Of a stretch of 64,000 nt of DNA, positions 41,524 through 55,082 are shown piece after piece. The DNA is from Camelus ferus. Taxonomy: Eukaryota. The notes below the pieces were generated by a model. The model searched no databases. It was not told where the DNA came from and saw only the letters and a list, made by a program, of their open reading frames with translations. Location of the stretch: positions 61,630,001 to 61,694,000 of the forward strand of contig NC_045697.1 in the NCBI RefSeq assembly GCF_009834535.1, in the 5' to 3' direction. Made by a program: the position numbers and the translations under genes. Within the stretch, counting starts at the first letter, position 1. Each line of letters begins with the position of its first letter.

Positions 41524-43182
41524 AACAAACAACCAAAGCATAAATACAAAACAGAAACAGATTCATAGACATAGAATACAAACTTGTGGTTGCCAAGGGG
41601 GCAGAGGGTGGGAAGGGATAGAAGGGACTTCAAAATTGTAGAATAGATAAACAAGATTATACTGTATAGCACAGGGAAATATACACAAGATCTTATGGTA
41701 GCTCACAGAGAAAAAAATGTGACAATGAATATATATATGTGTATGTGTGTGTGTATATATATATAACTGAAAAATTGTGCCCTGCACTGGAATTTGACAC
41801 AACATTGTAAAATGATTATAAATCAATAAAAAAGTTAAAAAAATTGTCTCAAAAAGAAACAAATACCTACTAATAAACTTAACCAAGGAGGTGAAAGACC
41901 TTTACTCTGAAAACTATTATACACTGCTGAAGGAAACTGCAGATGATACAAAGATATGAAAGTATATCTCATGCTTTTGGATTGGAAGAAGTAATATTGT
42001 TAAAATATCCATAGTATTCAAAGCAATCTACAGATTTAATGCAATTCCTATCAAAATATCCACAATACTTTTCACAGAACTAGAACAAATAATCCTAAAA
42101 TTTATATGGAACTACAAAGAGCTCAAATTGCCAAAGCAATCTTGAGGAAAAGGAACAAATCTTCTGACTTCAGACTATACTATAAAGCTACAGTAATCAA
42201 AACAATATTGTACTAGCATAGAAACAAATACATAGATCAATGGAACAATATAGAGGGCATAGAAATAAACTCACATACTTAATCTATGACAAAGGAGGGA
42301 AGAATATGCAATAAAAAAAAGACCTAACTGGTGCTAGGAAAACTGGACAGCTACATGTAGAAGAATGAAATTAGAACATTTTCTCAGATCACATACAAAA
42401 ATAAACTCAATATGTGTTAAAGATTTAAATGAAAAACCTGAAATTCCTAAAATTCAAGAAGAGAACATAGAACACTGACATAAATCATAGCAGTGTGTTT
42501 TTAATCTGTATCCTAAGACAAAAGAAACAAAAGCAAAAATTTAAATTTATAAAAATAAACAAATGGGATATAATTAAATACAAAAGCTTTTTGCACAGCA
42601 AAGGAAACCATCAACAAAACAAAGACAACCTACTGAATGGAAGAAAATGTTTGCAATATGATCAATAAGAGACTAACATCCAAAATAAATAAACAGCTCA
42701 TAAAACCAGTATCAAAAAAAATAATTAAAAAATTGCAAAAAGACCTGAATAGGCATTTTTCCAAAGATGATTACAGATGGCCAACAGACATATGAAAAAT
42801 TGCTCACCACTGCTAATCATTAGAGAAATGTAAATCAAACCATAAGAGATATCACCTCACACCTGTCAAAACGGCTGTTGTCAAAAAGTCTACAATTAAT
42901 AAACGTTGGAGAGGATGTGGACATATGGGAGCCCTAGTACACTGTTGGTGGGAATGTAAATTGGTGCAGCCATTATGGAAAACTGTATGGAAGTTCCTCA
43001 AGAAACTAAAACTAGAATTACCGTATCACCCAGCAATTCTACTCCTAGATAAATATTCAAAGAAAACAAAAACAGTAATTCAAAAGATATTCACCCAATG
43101 TTCATGGCAGCATTATTTACAATATCCAAGATATGGAAGCAATCCAAATGTCCATCAACAGAAGAATGGATTAAAAAACTTT

Positions 43183-43185
<3 letters not shown>

Positions 43186-43215
<30 letters not shown>
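43186..43215. repeat. (CA)n microsatellite
   Basis: Direct reading. Confidence 0.9.
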
Positions 43216-43218
<3 letters not shown>

Positions 43219-44574
43219 AGTATTACTTAGCCATAAAAAAGAATGGATTTTGGTCATTTGCGATAATGTGGATGGATCTAGATGTTATTATGCTTAATGA
43301 AATAAGTCAGAGAAAAACAAAAACTCTGATATCATTTGTATGTGAAATCTAAAATATAAAACAAAATAATATATATACAAAATAGAAGCTGACTTAGAAA
43401 ACTAACTAATAGATACCAGGGGGAAGGGGGAAGGAGCAAGATTAGAGTATGGGATTAAGAGACACAAACTATAAAATAAATAAGCAACAAGGATATGTTG
43501 TACAGCACAGGAAAATATAGCCATTATTTTGCAATAACTTTAAATGGAGTATAATCTATAAAAATATTGAATCACTATGTTGTACACCTGAGTCTAATAT
43601 AATATTGTAAATCAACTAATACTTCAACTATACTGTCAAAAGAAGCAAAATGAAAAGTAATCATCACTAAAATTAGAGAACAATATAACATACATTTGTT
43701 CAGGCATATATATACAGAAGGAACAGAGATAAATGGTGTTCAAATTAAAACATAGTACTTATAGTATTACTGAATAAAATGTACTGAATTTGTTTCCTTG
43801 AAGTTTAGAAAGTAAAAAAAACAATAATAAAAATGAAATACTGAAGTTCAGGTGAAATATTTTTGTTTCGAGAGTTATTAAGTTCTAAATGAACCTTTTG
43901 GTGTTAAAAAATGCAAAAAATATAAGGAAGTACTTGCCATTTTTTTTTTCTTTTGCCTTCCAATGTTACAACAGTGGAGAGTATAAGTGACTTTCCACTC
44001 TGAAAGTTGAGAAAGATATCATTCTTCCTCCACCTCTCATTGTTGTTAAGTTTCTTATCATTTTTCTTTTGACAATGTTTGAAAAAAATTTATTCTGTTC
44101 TAACAGCCTAATTTCTCCAGGTGTTAAATTTTAGAGCACTCAATCTCTCTACTCCTTTGTCACTAATATCAAGTCATGTGAAGGGGATGAATGTTTGTTT
44201 ATAAAGGGCTTTTGCTTGCTATCAAACAATGATCCACATTGTATTTTAGATTTAGAAACTGGTTGAGTATTTTGTCTAATTTAATCTTGTACACAGCTCC
44301 AGCAGGTAGATAACACTTGTAACAAACATTTCCTGCACCAGAGGTTACTGTGAGTTTTTATATCTGAAGTAAAGACAGGTTCAATTTGTGATTATCTTTT
44401 TCCTACAATAGCCTTGTTTTATGACTTTATACAATTATCTGAAACATGCTTTACAAACCTTGACATCTGTGCAAATATAGTTTACATTTCAGAGAGAAAA
44501 AGAAAATGTCCCTTATAAAACAATTCAACCACAGAGTACGCATTTCTTCTTCAAAGAACTATTTTAAACTAAAA

Positions 44575-44865
44575 AAAACAAAATCACAGACACAAAGCAG
44601 GAGAGAAGATTGGTGGTTACCAAGGGGCTTGAGGTGGGGGTTTGAGGAAATAGGTGAAGGTGGGTTAAAGGGTATAAAATTCCAGTTATAAGATAAATAT
44701 GTTCTGGGTATCTAATGTACAGCATGATGACTATAGTTAACAATATTGTATTGTATATTTGGAAGTTGCTAAGGAAAAAAAAAAGCTGTATCTATGTGTA
44801 GTGACAATGTGTTAACTAACCTTATTGTGGTAATCACTTCACAATGTACACTTATATCAAATCAA
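44575..44865 (+). mobile_element. L1 3' UTR fragment (L1MA9-like)
   Basis: TTCCAGTTATAAGATAAATATGTTCTGGG...TAATGTACAGCATGATGACTATAGTTAACAATA...GTTGCTAAG. Confidence 0.8.
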
Positions 44866-45289
44866 TCAATCAGTCAATCAACAAAAGTTAATCATTGACC
44901 ACAAACTACTTCCTATAAATAAAGAAAGTAGTGAGTGATTTAGGGGAAAGAAAGAATACTTTCAAGAAACTGAAGAAAGAAAATATCACATATGATAGAG
45001 AACTGAGTAATCAAAAGCAATTAGATATGGAACCTTTGACTCAGCTTGACTACTCAGGGCATAGGTTTTATTCATCCCCAGCTTTCTAATATATTTGTTT
45101 CTTCCAGTTTTCTAGTTAATACAAAGAAAGTAATTTATAACACAGCCCATGAATAAAGTATTTTCTAAATTATTTGCTTCATAATTTCCCTTTAATGAAA
45201 GCAAGTTCCCTTCTTAAATAGAAACTTGTATTTCCTATTTCATATTTTTTCTAATTAAGAGGAAGCTTATACTATTCTTTTCCCACAGT

Positions 45290-45910
45290 ACTGTATCTCC
45301 TAAGTATATACTGTTCAGAAGAAATGCCTGTTGCAAATACCCATCTCAGCAGGGTATAAAATTCTCAGAACAAAGTTACTTTTCTTCAAAACATTATTAA
45401 CATATTCTCACTTTCATATGACATTAGATGTTGCATTATTCCTTTTACTATGGCTTCTCCATCCATCTTTTGGTTGGCTAGATGTGTGTATATGTAATTG
45501 GTTCAAAATAACCACCCATATTTTAGTTTTCCATTATTTCAAGTTTGAGAAAGGCCTGCCCATTTTCTTTGATTTTTTAAAATGAAAATATGGATCTCAC
45601 TTTCTTTACTATAGAATGAATAGGTCACATGCTATCATCTCCTTGCATTGAATATTGCTGGAGAAATGTGATCAATACTTTATTTCCCCTTTATAGTTGA
45701 TTGGATTGTTTTTCTACCTGGATACTAAGGTTTTTTTTTCCTTGAAGTTCACTAACACATCTAGAATATGACTCAAATTAGGTTTGATTTTATTGGTTTT
45801 ACTTTTATTTCATAACATGGAATATCCTTTTGATTGTCAGATTGATTTTATCCTTTATGTTAAGAAAAGTTTATTCAGTGATTTTCTCTTCCATTTGTTG
45901 TGTTTCCTGC
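45290..45910 (-). mobile_element. Ancient HAL1/L1M ORF1-region fragment
   Basis: GGGTATAAAATTCTC, GCATTGAATATTGCTGGAGAAATGTGA and CCTTGAAGTTCACTAAC resemble reverse HAL1/old-L1 ORF1 sequence. Confidence 0.5.
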
Positions 45911-46363
45911 AAACTTGTAATGTTTAAAATTTAATAGGTGCAAACCTCTAAAGTTCGAAATCATAGACAAGGTGAAAACTATATAGAGATACGTATTTTA
46001 AAAGACAGTAGGTGCTTAAATAAATACATCATATATTTTCCTCCTCCATTTTAGTTTTGAAATGCTTTTAATATAGTAATTCTATGCAGTTTTCACTAGT
46101 GCACCAACTTCAGTCTATGTGATTTTATAACTTTATAAACGCAAATTTGTGCAAACCTACTGAACTTTAAATATCATAAATTTTCAGGAAAAGCAACAAA
46201 GGAAGATAAAATGTAATCACTGAATAAACTATTTCTAACACAAAAGATGAAATAAGTCTGCAAATCAAAAAGAGATTACATGTTTCAAATAAAAGTAAAA
46301 CCAACCAATCTAAATTGAGGAATATTCTAGTTGAGTTACTAAAATTCAAGGGGAAAAAAAACA
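45730..46363. repeat. Long degenerate inverted repeat: arms 45730-46004 and 46065-46363, ~60-nt loop
   Basis: The reverse complement of the right arm aligns to the left arm, e.g. TTGGTTTTACTTTTATTT, GTTTATTCAGTGATT, CATAGAC, GTGAAAACT. Confidence 0.88.
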
Positions 46364-46649
46364 ATACTAAGCACTTTCTTTCTTTCTTTACTGGTTTATT
46401 GACAACCTCTACCTTTGAAATATTTATGAATACAGATATTTCTGTTTATTTTGTTCTCTACTGTACCCTGTCCTAGACCAGTGCAAAGCCCATTGTGGTA
46501 AGAGTTTAAATGAAAAATACTTAAGTTACCAGGTTGTTATATGAGATAACATATTATGAGGATGAGAGAAGTTAATATTTGTTTTGCTTCTATTAATGCT
46601 AATCATTTTACTTCTATTTTAACACATTTGATCATATAGAGTAAACACT

Positions 46650-46780
46650 GAGATTTCTGTTTTACAGTTGAGGAAACTGAAGTTTAGAAAATTTAAGTAA
46701 GTTGCATAAAGTCACAGAGATAACTGTAGAAATGACAGAAAACCATGCTATGACTTACAATCCATGATCCTTGCACTACA
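46650..46780 (-). mobile_element. MIR fragment
   Basis: TTTACAGTTGAGGAAACTGAAGTTTAGAAAATTTAAGTAAGTTGCATAAAGTCACA. Confidence 0.75.
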
Positions 46781-49700
46781 CAATCTCTCTGAAAGTATAT
46801 AGCATATGGTTGATACTACTATCATTTGTTTTCCTTTTGTTATTATTTGCGTCCCATTTTCGGTAAAATTTTACATTTTCAAAGATTATATTTCCTCCTG
46901 ACTGCTGTGTTTCAGATTCTAGGTTTTGCAAAAGGTAACACTGCATGAGGCTAATCACTAAAGGGCACTGACATGAAGATTATGTTTTCATAAACTCAAA
47001 TTAAATGAGAGAAGTATATGATAGAGTTCTTTAAATATTAATTGTATAGCTGTCCTCATTTTCCAAAATAGATATCCTTCAAGTACCTCTGCTTAAAAGT
47101 GACTAAAATTTTCAAGTCTACCTAGATGCTTTTTAAAGAGACATATAATAAATCTTTCACTAAGGGGAAGATTCCTTCTGCTTTTAATTAATTATTCCCC
47201 CAATAATTAGCTTTGTAAGTTCATATTTATATAATTGGATTTAATTTGTTCAAATTATTCTACATCTAGTTAGTTTTTCTTCCTCTATTTTCATATGTTC
47301 TGATATTTTATCCTTCAAGGACTAGTTAAAATGGTTTTTCATAGCATTTCCTTCAGTCACTCAAGCCAGATGTAATTTTGCATTTTTTTTCTAAATAACG
47401 TTAGTATTTTATCTGACTTATTTTGGTTCTTATTATTTTCTACTTTGTATCCCTCCTATTTTAGTGCAAGCATTTAGAAAGCAAAAAAATATATTTTACA
47501 TTCTCATAAAATACCCCATGGAATCTTCAGTATGCTTTTAATATAGCAGTATCCAATAGGTGTCCAATAACTACTGATTGAATGCTCAAATTGGTATTTA
47601 TTAGAGTTGTAATATATGAAACTAAAATATTGCTGAATACTTAAATGCTATATTAAATACTCTTTCAAAAGTATACTTTATAATTGCTATTCTAGTACTT
47701 TCTATTATATCAACAAATTTCCTTAATTTACTGAATATACGAGCATGACATTTTTATAAAGAGATGGGAGCATTTACTAAATATGTGTTCATACATATTT
47801 GGGGGAAATATCTTTCTGAATACAGAGTATGTTTCATCAAAATTGCTAAATGCTAATATTCAACTATTCTTTTTTAATAATGAGTGGATACTTACTTAAC
47901 AGCTAGTTCAAGAGTAGTTGTATTAAATCCTAACGTAAATTAAATGGCTATTTCAGACACTCAAACGGGTTGCTGCTAAGTCTTTAATTACTGTTGCTCT
48001 CATGCCTGGCCTTTCAAAACTTCCTAGGGAAGCAGATACTTAGATATCTGCTTCAAATTTTGTGTTAATTTTATTTAAATTTTTAATTAAAATTCAATAT
48101 TGGGATAATTAAATGAATATAATTTACTGAATTCTATTGAGAGTTGCTTTCATGACTTGAGGACAATGTTGAATATGAATGTTCAGAATACTTGTATAGA
48201 ATAAAAGTTGCCAAAGAAATAAGGAAATTCTGATAGAGCCAAGTTCTGGACCTGGATTTTGGTGTATATGTTTTGCCAAAAATTGAATTACCTCCAACAT
48301 AGCTATGAACCTGGAACTTGTCTTCCAGTGAAAAATAAAATAAAATACGTAACAACCCCTGATTATCACTTCTGGCTGGAGGAGAAATACTTAGGCACAT
48401 TTAGTTTTTATAACACTTCCCTAGAATGTATAATTTACCATGAATTAGAATTTTTACTTTTAGCATACATATTCTTTTCTAATTTTTTCTTACATTTATC
48501 AAAATATTTTTGTGCACTAATAAAATATTTTAAGTTAATATTAAACAACATGTACTTTCATACCTTAAACAAAGGCTTTATTTGCATTCCTAACTGGTTT
48601 GACCACAACAAAAAAATGTCTTTCAAATCATTTTTGAATGGAGAAAGTTAATCTTGGCGGAACAAAATTACAGTCCCAATATTCCAACTTATCACATACA
48701 TTTACAGGGCTCTTTTATTTACAAAATAGAGTATCCCATTTCATTCTCAGCACAACCCAGTAAGAGTGCAGGGCATGTTTTACACATGAAGGTACTGAGA
48801 GTTGTAAAGGTAAAAACGAATTGCCCAAAATCATACCAAAAAATAATTCCAGAACCAGAGCTAAAAACTGATTCTTCGGTCAGTGCTTTTTCTATTGCCT
48901 CCTCTTCCTATAAATACAAGACTCAAGGAACAATCATTGCAGGTAGGGTTTCAGTCAATAAAAGTAAAGAGGTATTCACAAAATAATTCAATAATTTTTC
49001 ATATATTTATTGAGCACTTGTAATGATCGTGATACTGTTTATGATGCTCTGAGAAATACAGAAATCACATTTTCATGTACTTATGTATTTAATTATCTAT
49101 TTATTCAATAAACATTTTTTAAACACATACTGTGTGTCAGGCACTGAGAAAAATACAGAAATGAATAAAATACATCATCTACCTTCATGGAGATTATATT
49201 AGGGTTGTGATGTCAAACATAAAAAATAACTATAATGAATATAGTGAGTGTCCCCAAAAAGACATATTTATAAAGTCCTAGGATATCATAGTTGGAATAA
49301 AAATCTCTGCCTTAGAGTTCAGGAAATATTTCAATGTAAAAATGGCTTTTAGCTGCCAATTTTAGCCAAAAACACACTTAAATCTTTTATTATAAAAATT
49401 AAAGCTTATTAAAAAGAAAAAAAAATCATAGTAAACCCTAATAACATATGACTTGAAGTACAGTGATATCTTTACTACCAACAAGAAGCGTTTCCCATAA
49501 CAAAATGCAATTAGAGAAGGTAAAAAATGTGAGATATACAGAAAGTGAAAAAAAGAAGATGACAGTTAAATCATGGAAATAAAACACAGACAAACCAAAT
49601 TACTGCTTATCTTAGTATTTTCTTGACTATTCTCTGTATACTCCCTACCCTACCTGGGACCTACTGCATTCCAAACAAATAATATTTTGTGATAAGATAT

Positions 49701-50226
49701 CCTCTGGCTATCAGTCCATTCCCCACAGTACTTAAGGCTATAGACTACAGATGTGAAGCTTGCTGATGCAATCTGTTGAGAATAGTTTGAATATTCTGCT
49801 AACACTGAAATGTTAAGTGGGTAACTAACTTTTAGCCTTATGTTTTAAAATAAACAATGAGTTTTATGAATGCTTGGCCATCCTTGATTTGCTTTGATAT
49901 GCTCCTGACTCTTGTCTACACTGATCTAGTGCTATAAAACTTAGTGCCCAGGACATCTTAAGGGAAAAGAACTTATATCATTTGTTGGGATCATCGAAGC
50001 AGAGCTGAATCTACCCTAATTGGAGAGGAAAAGACAAAACAGTCTAAGAACTCATGGCTACTGAACAATGGTCTGTACCTATAGGGACTCCTTCTTTACT
50101 CTCAGTTAAGTGCACTGGGAAAAGTGAGAATCCCTCAAGTCACCTCTTTGGCCCACTGATTTCTTCCTGACTAGGTCTTTGTACAAAAGGGAACAGTATT
50201 AATGTTTGCTTAAATATCATACATAT

Positions 50227-51193
50227 ATTTTTATAATAGTCATCCTGACTGATACAAGGTGCTATTTCATTGTGGTTTTTATTTGCATTTCCCTGATGAT
50301 TAATGAAGTTGAGCATTTTTTCATATACATGATGGCCATTTGTATGTCTTCTTATATTCAAGTTCTTAGCCCATTTTTTAACCAAGTTACTAGTTTTTGG
50401 TTTTTTGTCTTACTTTGTTTTTTGTATTTCTTACTATAGGGTTATAGGGATTTCTTGCATATTTTAGAGATTAGAAACAAAAGACAACTGTTGGTAAGGA
50501 TGTAGAGAAACAGAAGCCCTTGCACACTGTTGGTGGGAATGCTAAATGGTGCAGCTGCTGTGGAAAACAGTGTGGAGGTTCCTCAAAATATTAAAAATGG
50601 AACAACCATATGATTTAGCAATTCCACTTCTGGGTATTTATCCAAAAGAATTGAAGTTGGGATCTCAAAGAGATATTAGCAATCCTATATTCATTGCAGC
50701 ACCAAATATTGACTTTCATAATAGTCAAAATGTGGAAACCACCTAGATGTTTATCAACAGAAGAATGGATAAAGAAAACATGGTATGTACATATAATAGA
50801 ATACTATTCATCCTTTAAAAAGAAGAGAATTTTGTGATATGTGACAACATGGATGAATCTTGAGGATATTATTCTAATAAGTATAATAAGCCCATCACAG
50901 AAAGATAAATTCCACATGATTCCACTAATATAAGCTTTCTAAGATAGTCAAATTCTCAAATTCATAGAATCAAAGAGTAGAATGGTGGTTGCCAGCATCT
51001 AGGGGACAAGGGGAGAAAATGGTGAGTTACTAATTAATGTGCACAAACTTTCAGTTAGGCAAGATGTATAGACTCTATAGATCTGCAGTGCAACAGTATA
51101 CAAGTTAACAATAATGCATTATACACTTAAAAATTGTTAAGAGGGTAGATCTCATGTTAAATGTTCTTTCTACAGTAAAATAAAATGAAATTA
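50227..51193 (+). mobile_element. 5'-inverted (twin-primed) L1
   Basis: 50227-50473 is antisense ORF2 and 50474-51193 is sense ORF2 end plus 3' UTR. Degenerate TSD AAATATCATACATAT (50212-50226) / AAATGTCAAGCATAT (51194-51208). Confidence 0.88.
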
Positions 51194-51469
51194 AAATGTC
51201 AAGCATATTTTACCCCACATAGGTAGGTATCTCTGTGAAAAGGTAAAAGAACATGCCCTTCTGAATTCATCCCTGAAATTAAAAAATTACACCTTACTCA
51301 GATTAATACACTGAAAAAGTGTTCTTGGTTTAATACGGCACCACTAGATTACTTCATTGATCTTAACATCAAGTCTGACCTCTTCTAATGTATATATCAG
51401 AATAATATGAAATTTCTAACAGCAATACCATTCGTTACTCTTATTTTCCACTAAATTAACATATTATTA

Positions 51470-52000
51470 AAAGATCATTTATTGATTGCCTTACAATGGC
51501 AACCATTGATCTAGGAGTGCTGGAGAATATAAGGATGAATAAGATAGAATCTAAGGACACAGTCTAGAGGAAGAAAGAAAATTTTGAACAAACACCTAAA
51601 AACGGAATCCCACTCGTGCTATAATAGCACTGTGGGTAAATTGCTTCATGTATAAAACAAAGGACATGACTAGCTCTGCTCAAGTCAAGAAATGCTTCAG
51701 GAGGAAGTGATTTCAACCAGAGTCTGAAAGAGCAGGAGTCTGCTAGGTGAAGAAGAAAAGGCTCTTCCCACACAAAAAGAACAACAGGTAGAGCCAAGTC
51801 ATGGAGTGAAGGATTAACTGGAAGAATACTAATGCTCCCCTTGACTTGTATATGGGGACACGGTGAGACAGGAGACTGGAAGAGTCTTATTTAGAGTAAA
51901 TAATGAAGAGCATAGTTTATCTTGCCAAAAACAAAGTCTGATCCTATCCAATTGATATGGAAAGGATTTTTAATAATACAAAAGTATTGGAGAATGTAAG
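51470..52000 (-). mobile_element. L2 fragment
   Basis: CATTTATTGATTGCCTTAC...CTAGGAGTGCTGGAGAATATAAGGATGAATAAGATAG and GCTTCAGGAGGAAGTGA. Confidence 0.6.
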
Positions 52001-53382
52001 TACAGAGACAAGGCAACTGGTTAGAAGATTCCACCAATGCTCAGTGGCCTCCAAAAGTTTTTGATCATGCAATCTTATCAGTAAAAAATTGAGCCTGTAC
52101 TCTCTACTACAGGCATATCTTATAACATATATTGACATATGTAAAGTACATGTTACAGAGTTCACTTGGAAACTTAAAAGGATAAGAAAAATAAACAGAA
52201 ATAGAAATTCTAAACTGTTTTCTCTGACTTTCAAGGAGCATCATCAAATGTGTGTGTATCCCTTTTCAGAGATTGCTGGACTAGATGATAGTTTCCGAGG
52301 ACAAAGACAGCAGGAAAGGAGAAAAGAGAAGGGCAATGAAAATGACTTAGAAAGCAGACTCGAAGAAGGTGGTAACTGGACACAGGGATGCAAGAACAAG
52401 GAAAAACTGAGATTTTTTGTTTGGATTGCAAGTTTTAACATGTTTTGGGAGAGGACAGATGAGAAGAGAGAAAAACTAATTTAGTTTGAACTTGCTGGTA
52501 TAAATGTCTTTTATATAAAGGTGTAGAGCTCAGAAGAGCTTGAGATACAATCATTGAGAGTCATAGGCATTAGTTGCTAACTGAGATTCTGAAAAGGATG
52601 AGATTGTCTAGAGGGGGATAGTAAAGAAAACAATGGTTAATAAGCATGTAGGGAGAAGGTTATACTCTGTTTCGAGAAGCCAAGGGAAGTTGGATCCTCT
52701 CTCCATAAAAATGCACAGCAAATATTTTCTAATTAATTTTAAGGAATTCCAAATCATAAAAAGCGAAGACAAGGGAACACTATTCAGGAAAAGGAATACA
52801 CATACCCCAATATAATGCATCATGATACACAGGCTATGTATATGATGAAGTATATTTTAAGAAATCAATTTTATAGTCTTGTAAGTTTAAGTTTATAGTC
52901 TTAGAAGTATAATTGCATAAATTTAGGCCTCAAAATACCAAGCAAAATCTAAAGCAAGCATAATAAATAGATCCTTTTAAACTCTAATTTCAAGCACAAT
53001 GTAAACTGGGCAAACGTGAATTATTTTTTAGTGGGTAGAGTAACTCAAGCAGGGAAATGTGCCTTTGTCCAGCTTAGGAAAGGAAGCACACACACTTCTC
53101 TTTATTATTAAATTCCTTTTCCAAGATGGTTTGCATAAGGTAACAAAGACTTAATAGTGAAAACAGAAATAAGTATAATGTGCTATTTTCCTATGAAGAC
53201 AATACTCCGGCCCCACCATCGGTGGAACATGAACTTTTGAATTATTTCCCATGGGTGGCAAAAGACTTGTGTTGATCCATCCAATTTCTGTATTTAGCAA
53301 CATTCTGTTTAGAAAAGTTACCAATCCACATCTCTCCTCTTCAATTTGGAAATTCTCTGAGGCAACTGTGCAAAACTAAATC

Positions 53383-53403
53383 AAAAAAAAAAAAAAAAAA
53401 AAA
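53383..53403. repeat. Poly(A) run (~21 nt)
   Basis: Direct reading. Confidence 0.9.
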
Positions 53404-55082
53404 GGCCTATGTTACCTGAATCCACTGTACACTTTCAGTAACTTAACCTGCAGAAGAAAGAAAATTAAATTCTCACTGAAACCTTAGTCTCTTATAAAAT
53501 TAAATCAACACAATTGTTTTGCCCTATGGTTTCATCAAACTTGACTGTAATTAATACTATGAAGTTGTATTTCAAAATCTCACAGGAAACAAATAGGAAC
53601 TAAAAACTTTCACCTTTTGTTTGCTTGGAGCATTGGCTGTGATTGATAATCTTCAGGTCTCTAAAAAAGAAAAAAAAAAACTTATATAGGTTTCTATCCC
53701 ATAATAAGCAAATAAATATCTACAGAGGACAGAAAGGGAAGAAGCCACTATCCTTCACAGAATATTTTTTTTTTCTCAAAATTCCACCATGAACGGACAA
53801 AATCACCTTAGTAGTGTTCTTAATTTCTTGGATTTCATCAGCTTTCTATTACCTCCAAAAGCAAACATTCTGACTAAGAGGCTCTGTCATTAGAAGTTGA
53901 GTTCTTATTGGGCTCATCCATGCGAATAATCAAAGGAATTGGAGGACTTCAATTCCAGTCAGCATCTTATGCCTGATTTTATTTAACTAGAGTTCCCTTG
54001 GCCTTAGTGCCCCTGAAAAGAGCACTTTTTTGTCCTTCACTTGAATGGACCAAATGTTTTAGATGTGTTCTTCCTGACACTTGGAGGCCTGAGCTAACAG
54101 CATTTGATAAAAGATGTCATTGATTTTCATTCTACTAAGTAATTTATTTGGGCTACCTTTTTTTTTTCCTATGGACTTCAACCAGTTGGGGAGTAAAGTT
54201 TAGTGGCCCCTCTTGCTCTCCACTTTGTGAAGCATGGCACACATAAATAATTCAACTGCATTTCACAGGGGAGGTCAGGAGGAGAAACAGTGCATGCAAA
54301 GGGAACCTTTGTGGAAATGGCTGCTGGGTTTTCCAGAAAGAGCTCAAATATTTTAAGAATGCCTAGGTATTAGGACAAATGGACTGGGAGAAGAGGAGGA
54401 AAGAGGAACATAGCCTGTTAGGAGAAAAACATTTGGTTTGTTTCTAGAAGAAAATCATTGGCACTAACTATCTTTTGGAATGCCTTAATTCTTACAGATA
54501 AAAGTACAGCAAAGTGCTAAAATTTATTTCAATAATCAGGGGATTGTCAAACTTTTTAACTACCTGTCCATAAAAAGCACTGACCAATCAGAACATATAT
54601 ATAGTAACACCTATATATAATAATATAGCATTTCAAGATTCAACAGTTATTGAGCATCCAGTATTTACCCACCTGTTCTAAGTGTGCTTATGTGCTTGAA
54701 TTCAATTAATGAGGACTGCAATCTTTTGAAAAGTATTATTTTATTTTTGTTTTAATAAAAATAATAATAGTGAAAGGAGTAAAATACCATACCGAGCTAG
54801 CTAGTAAGGGAGAGATTTTCAAGTCAAGCTCCTTAGTGTGAAATTCAATGTCTTTTAACTCTCACTTTTTTCTCTCCTCCCTCTCCTCTGTCCTTACCTT
54901 CCTTCTTCCCTCTCTCCCTCTCTCTCTCTCTCTCTCTCACGAACACACAGGCACACTCACATGTGCACATGTATAGAGAAGTTTCAAAGTCCTTTTCATA
55001 TTAGCACCTGCTGCCTCTTATTCTGATGTTATTAAATAGTGTCATTTTCTAAAGTGCCTGGTGAACTGCTGTTTACCAAACA

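Larger units (their letters stand above)
34816..41843 (+). mobile_element. Full-length (~7.0 kb) lineage-specific L1, disabled
   Basis: Starts GGGCCAAGATGGCGG; ~1.6-kb 5' UTR, GC/CpG-rich over the first ~1.25 kb; ORF1; ~400-nt spacer; ORF2; AATAAA at 41825 and an A-rich tail. Confidence 0.97.
31032..43630 (+). mobile_element. Older near-full-length L1 (host), split by a younger L1 at 34816-41843
   Basis: 5' UTR-like region ~31.0-31.9 kb; ORF1 remnants (MKNTLEGINSRLGDTEEGISDLEDRIMEI); ORF2 endonuclease remnants (ICYLQETH). ORF2 resumes at ~41844 and the 3' UTR ends ~43630. Confidence 0.92.

Noticed and set aside
48124..48986. Cluster of 80-130 aa ORFs
   Set aside because: AT-rich, low-information peptides, partly overlapping a MIR, with no recognisable homology.
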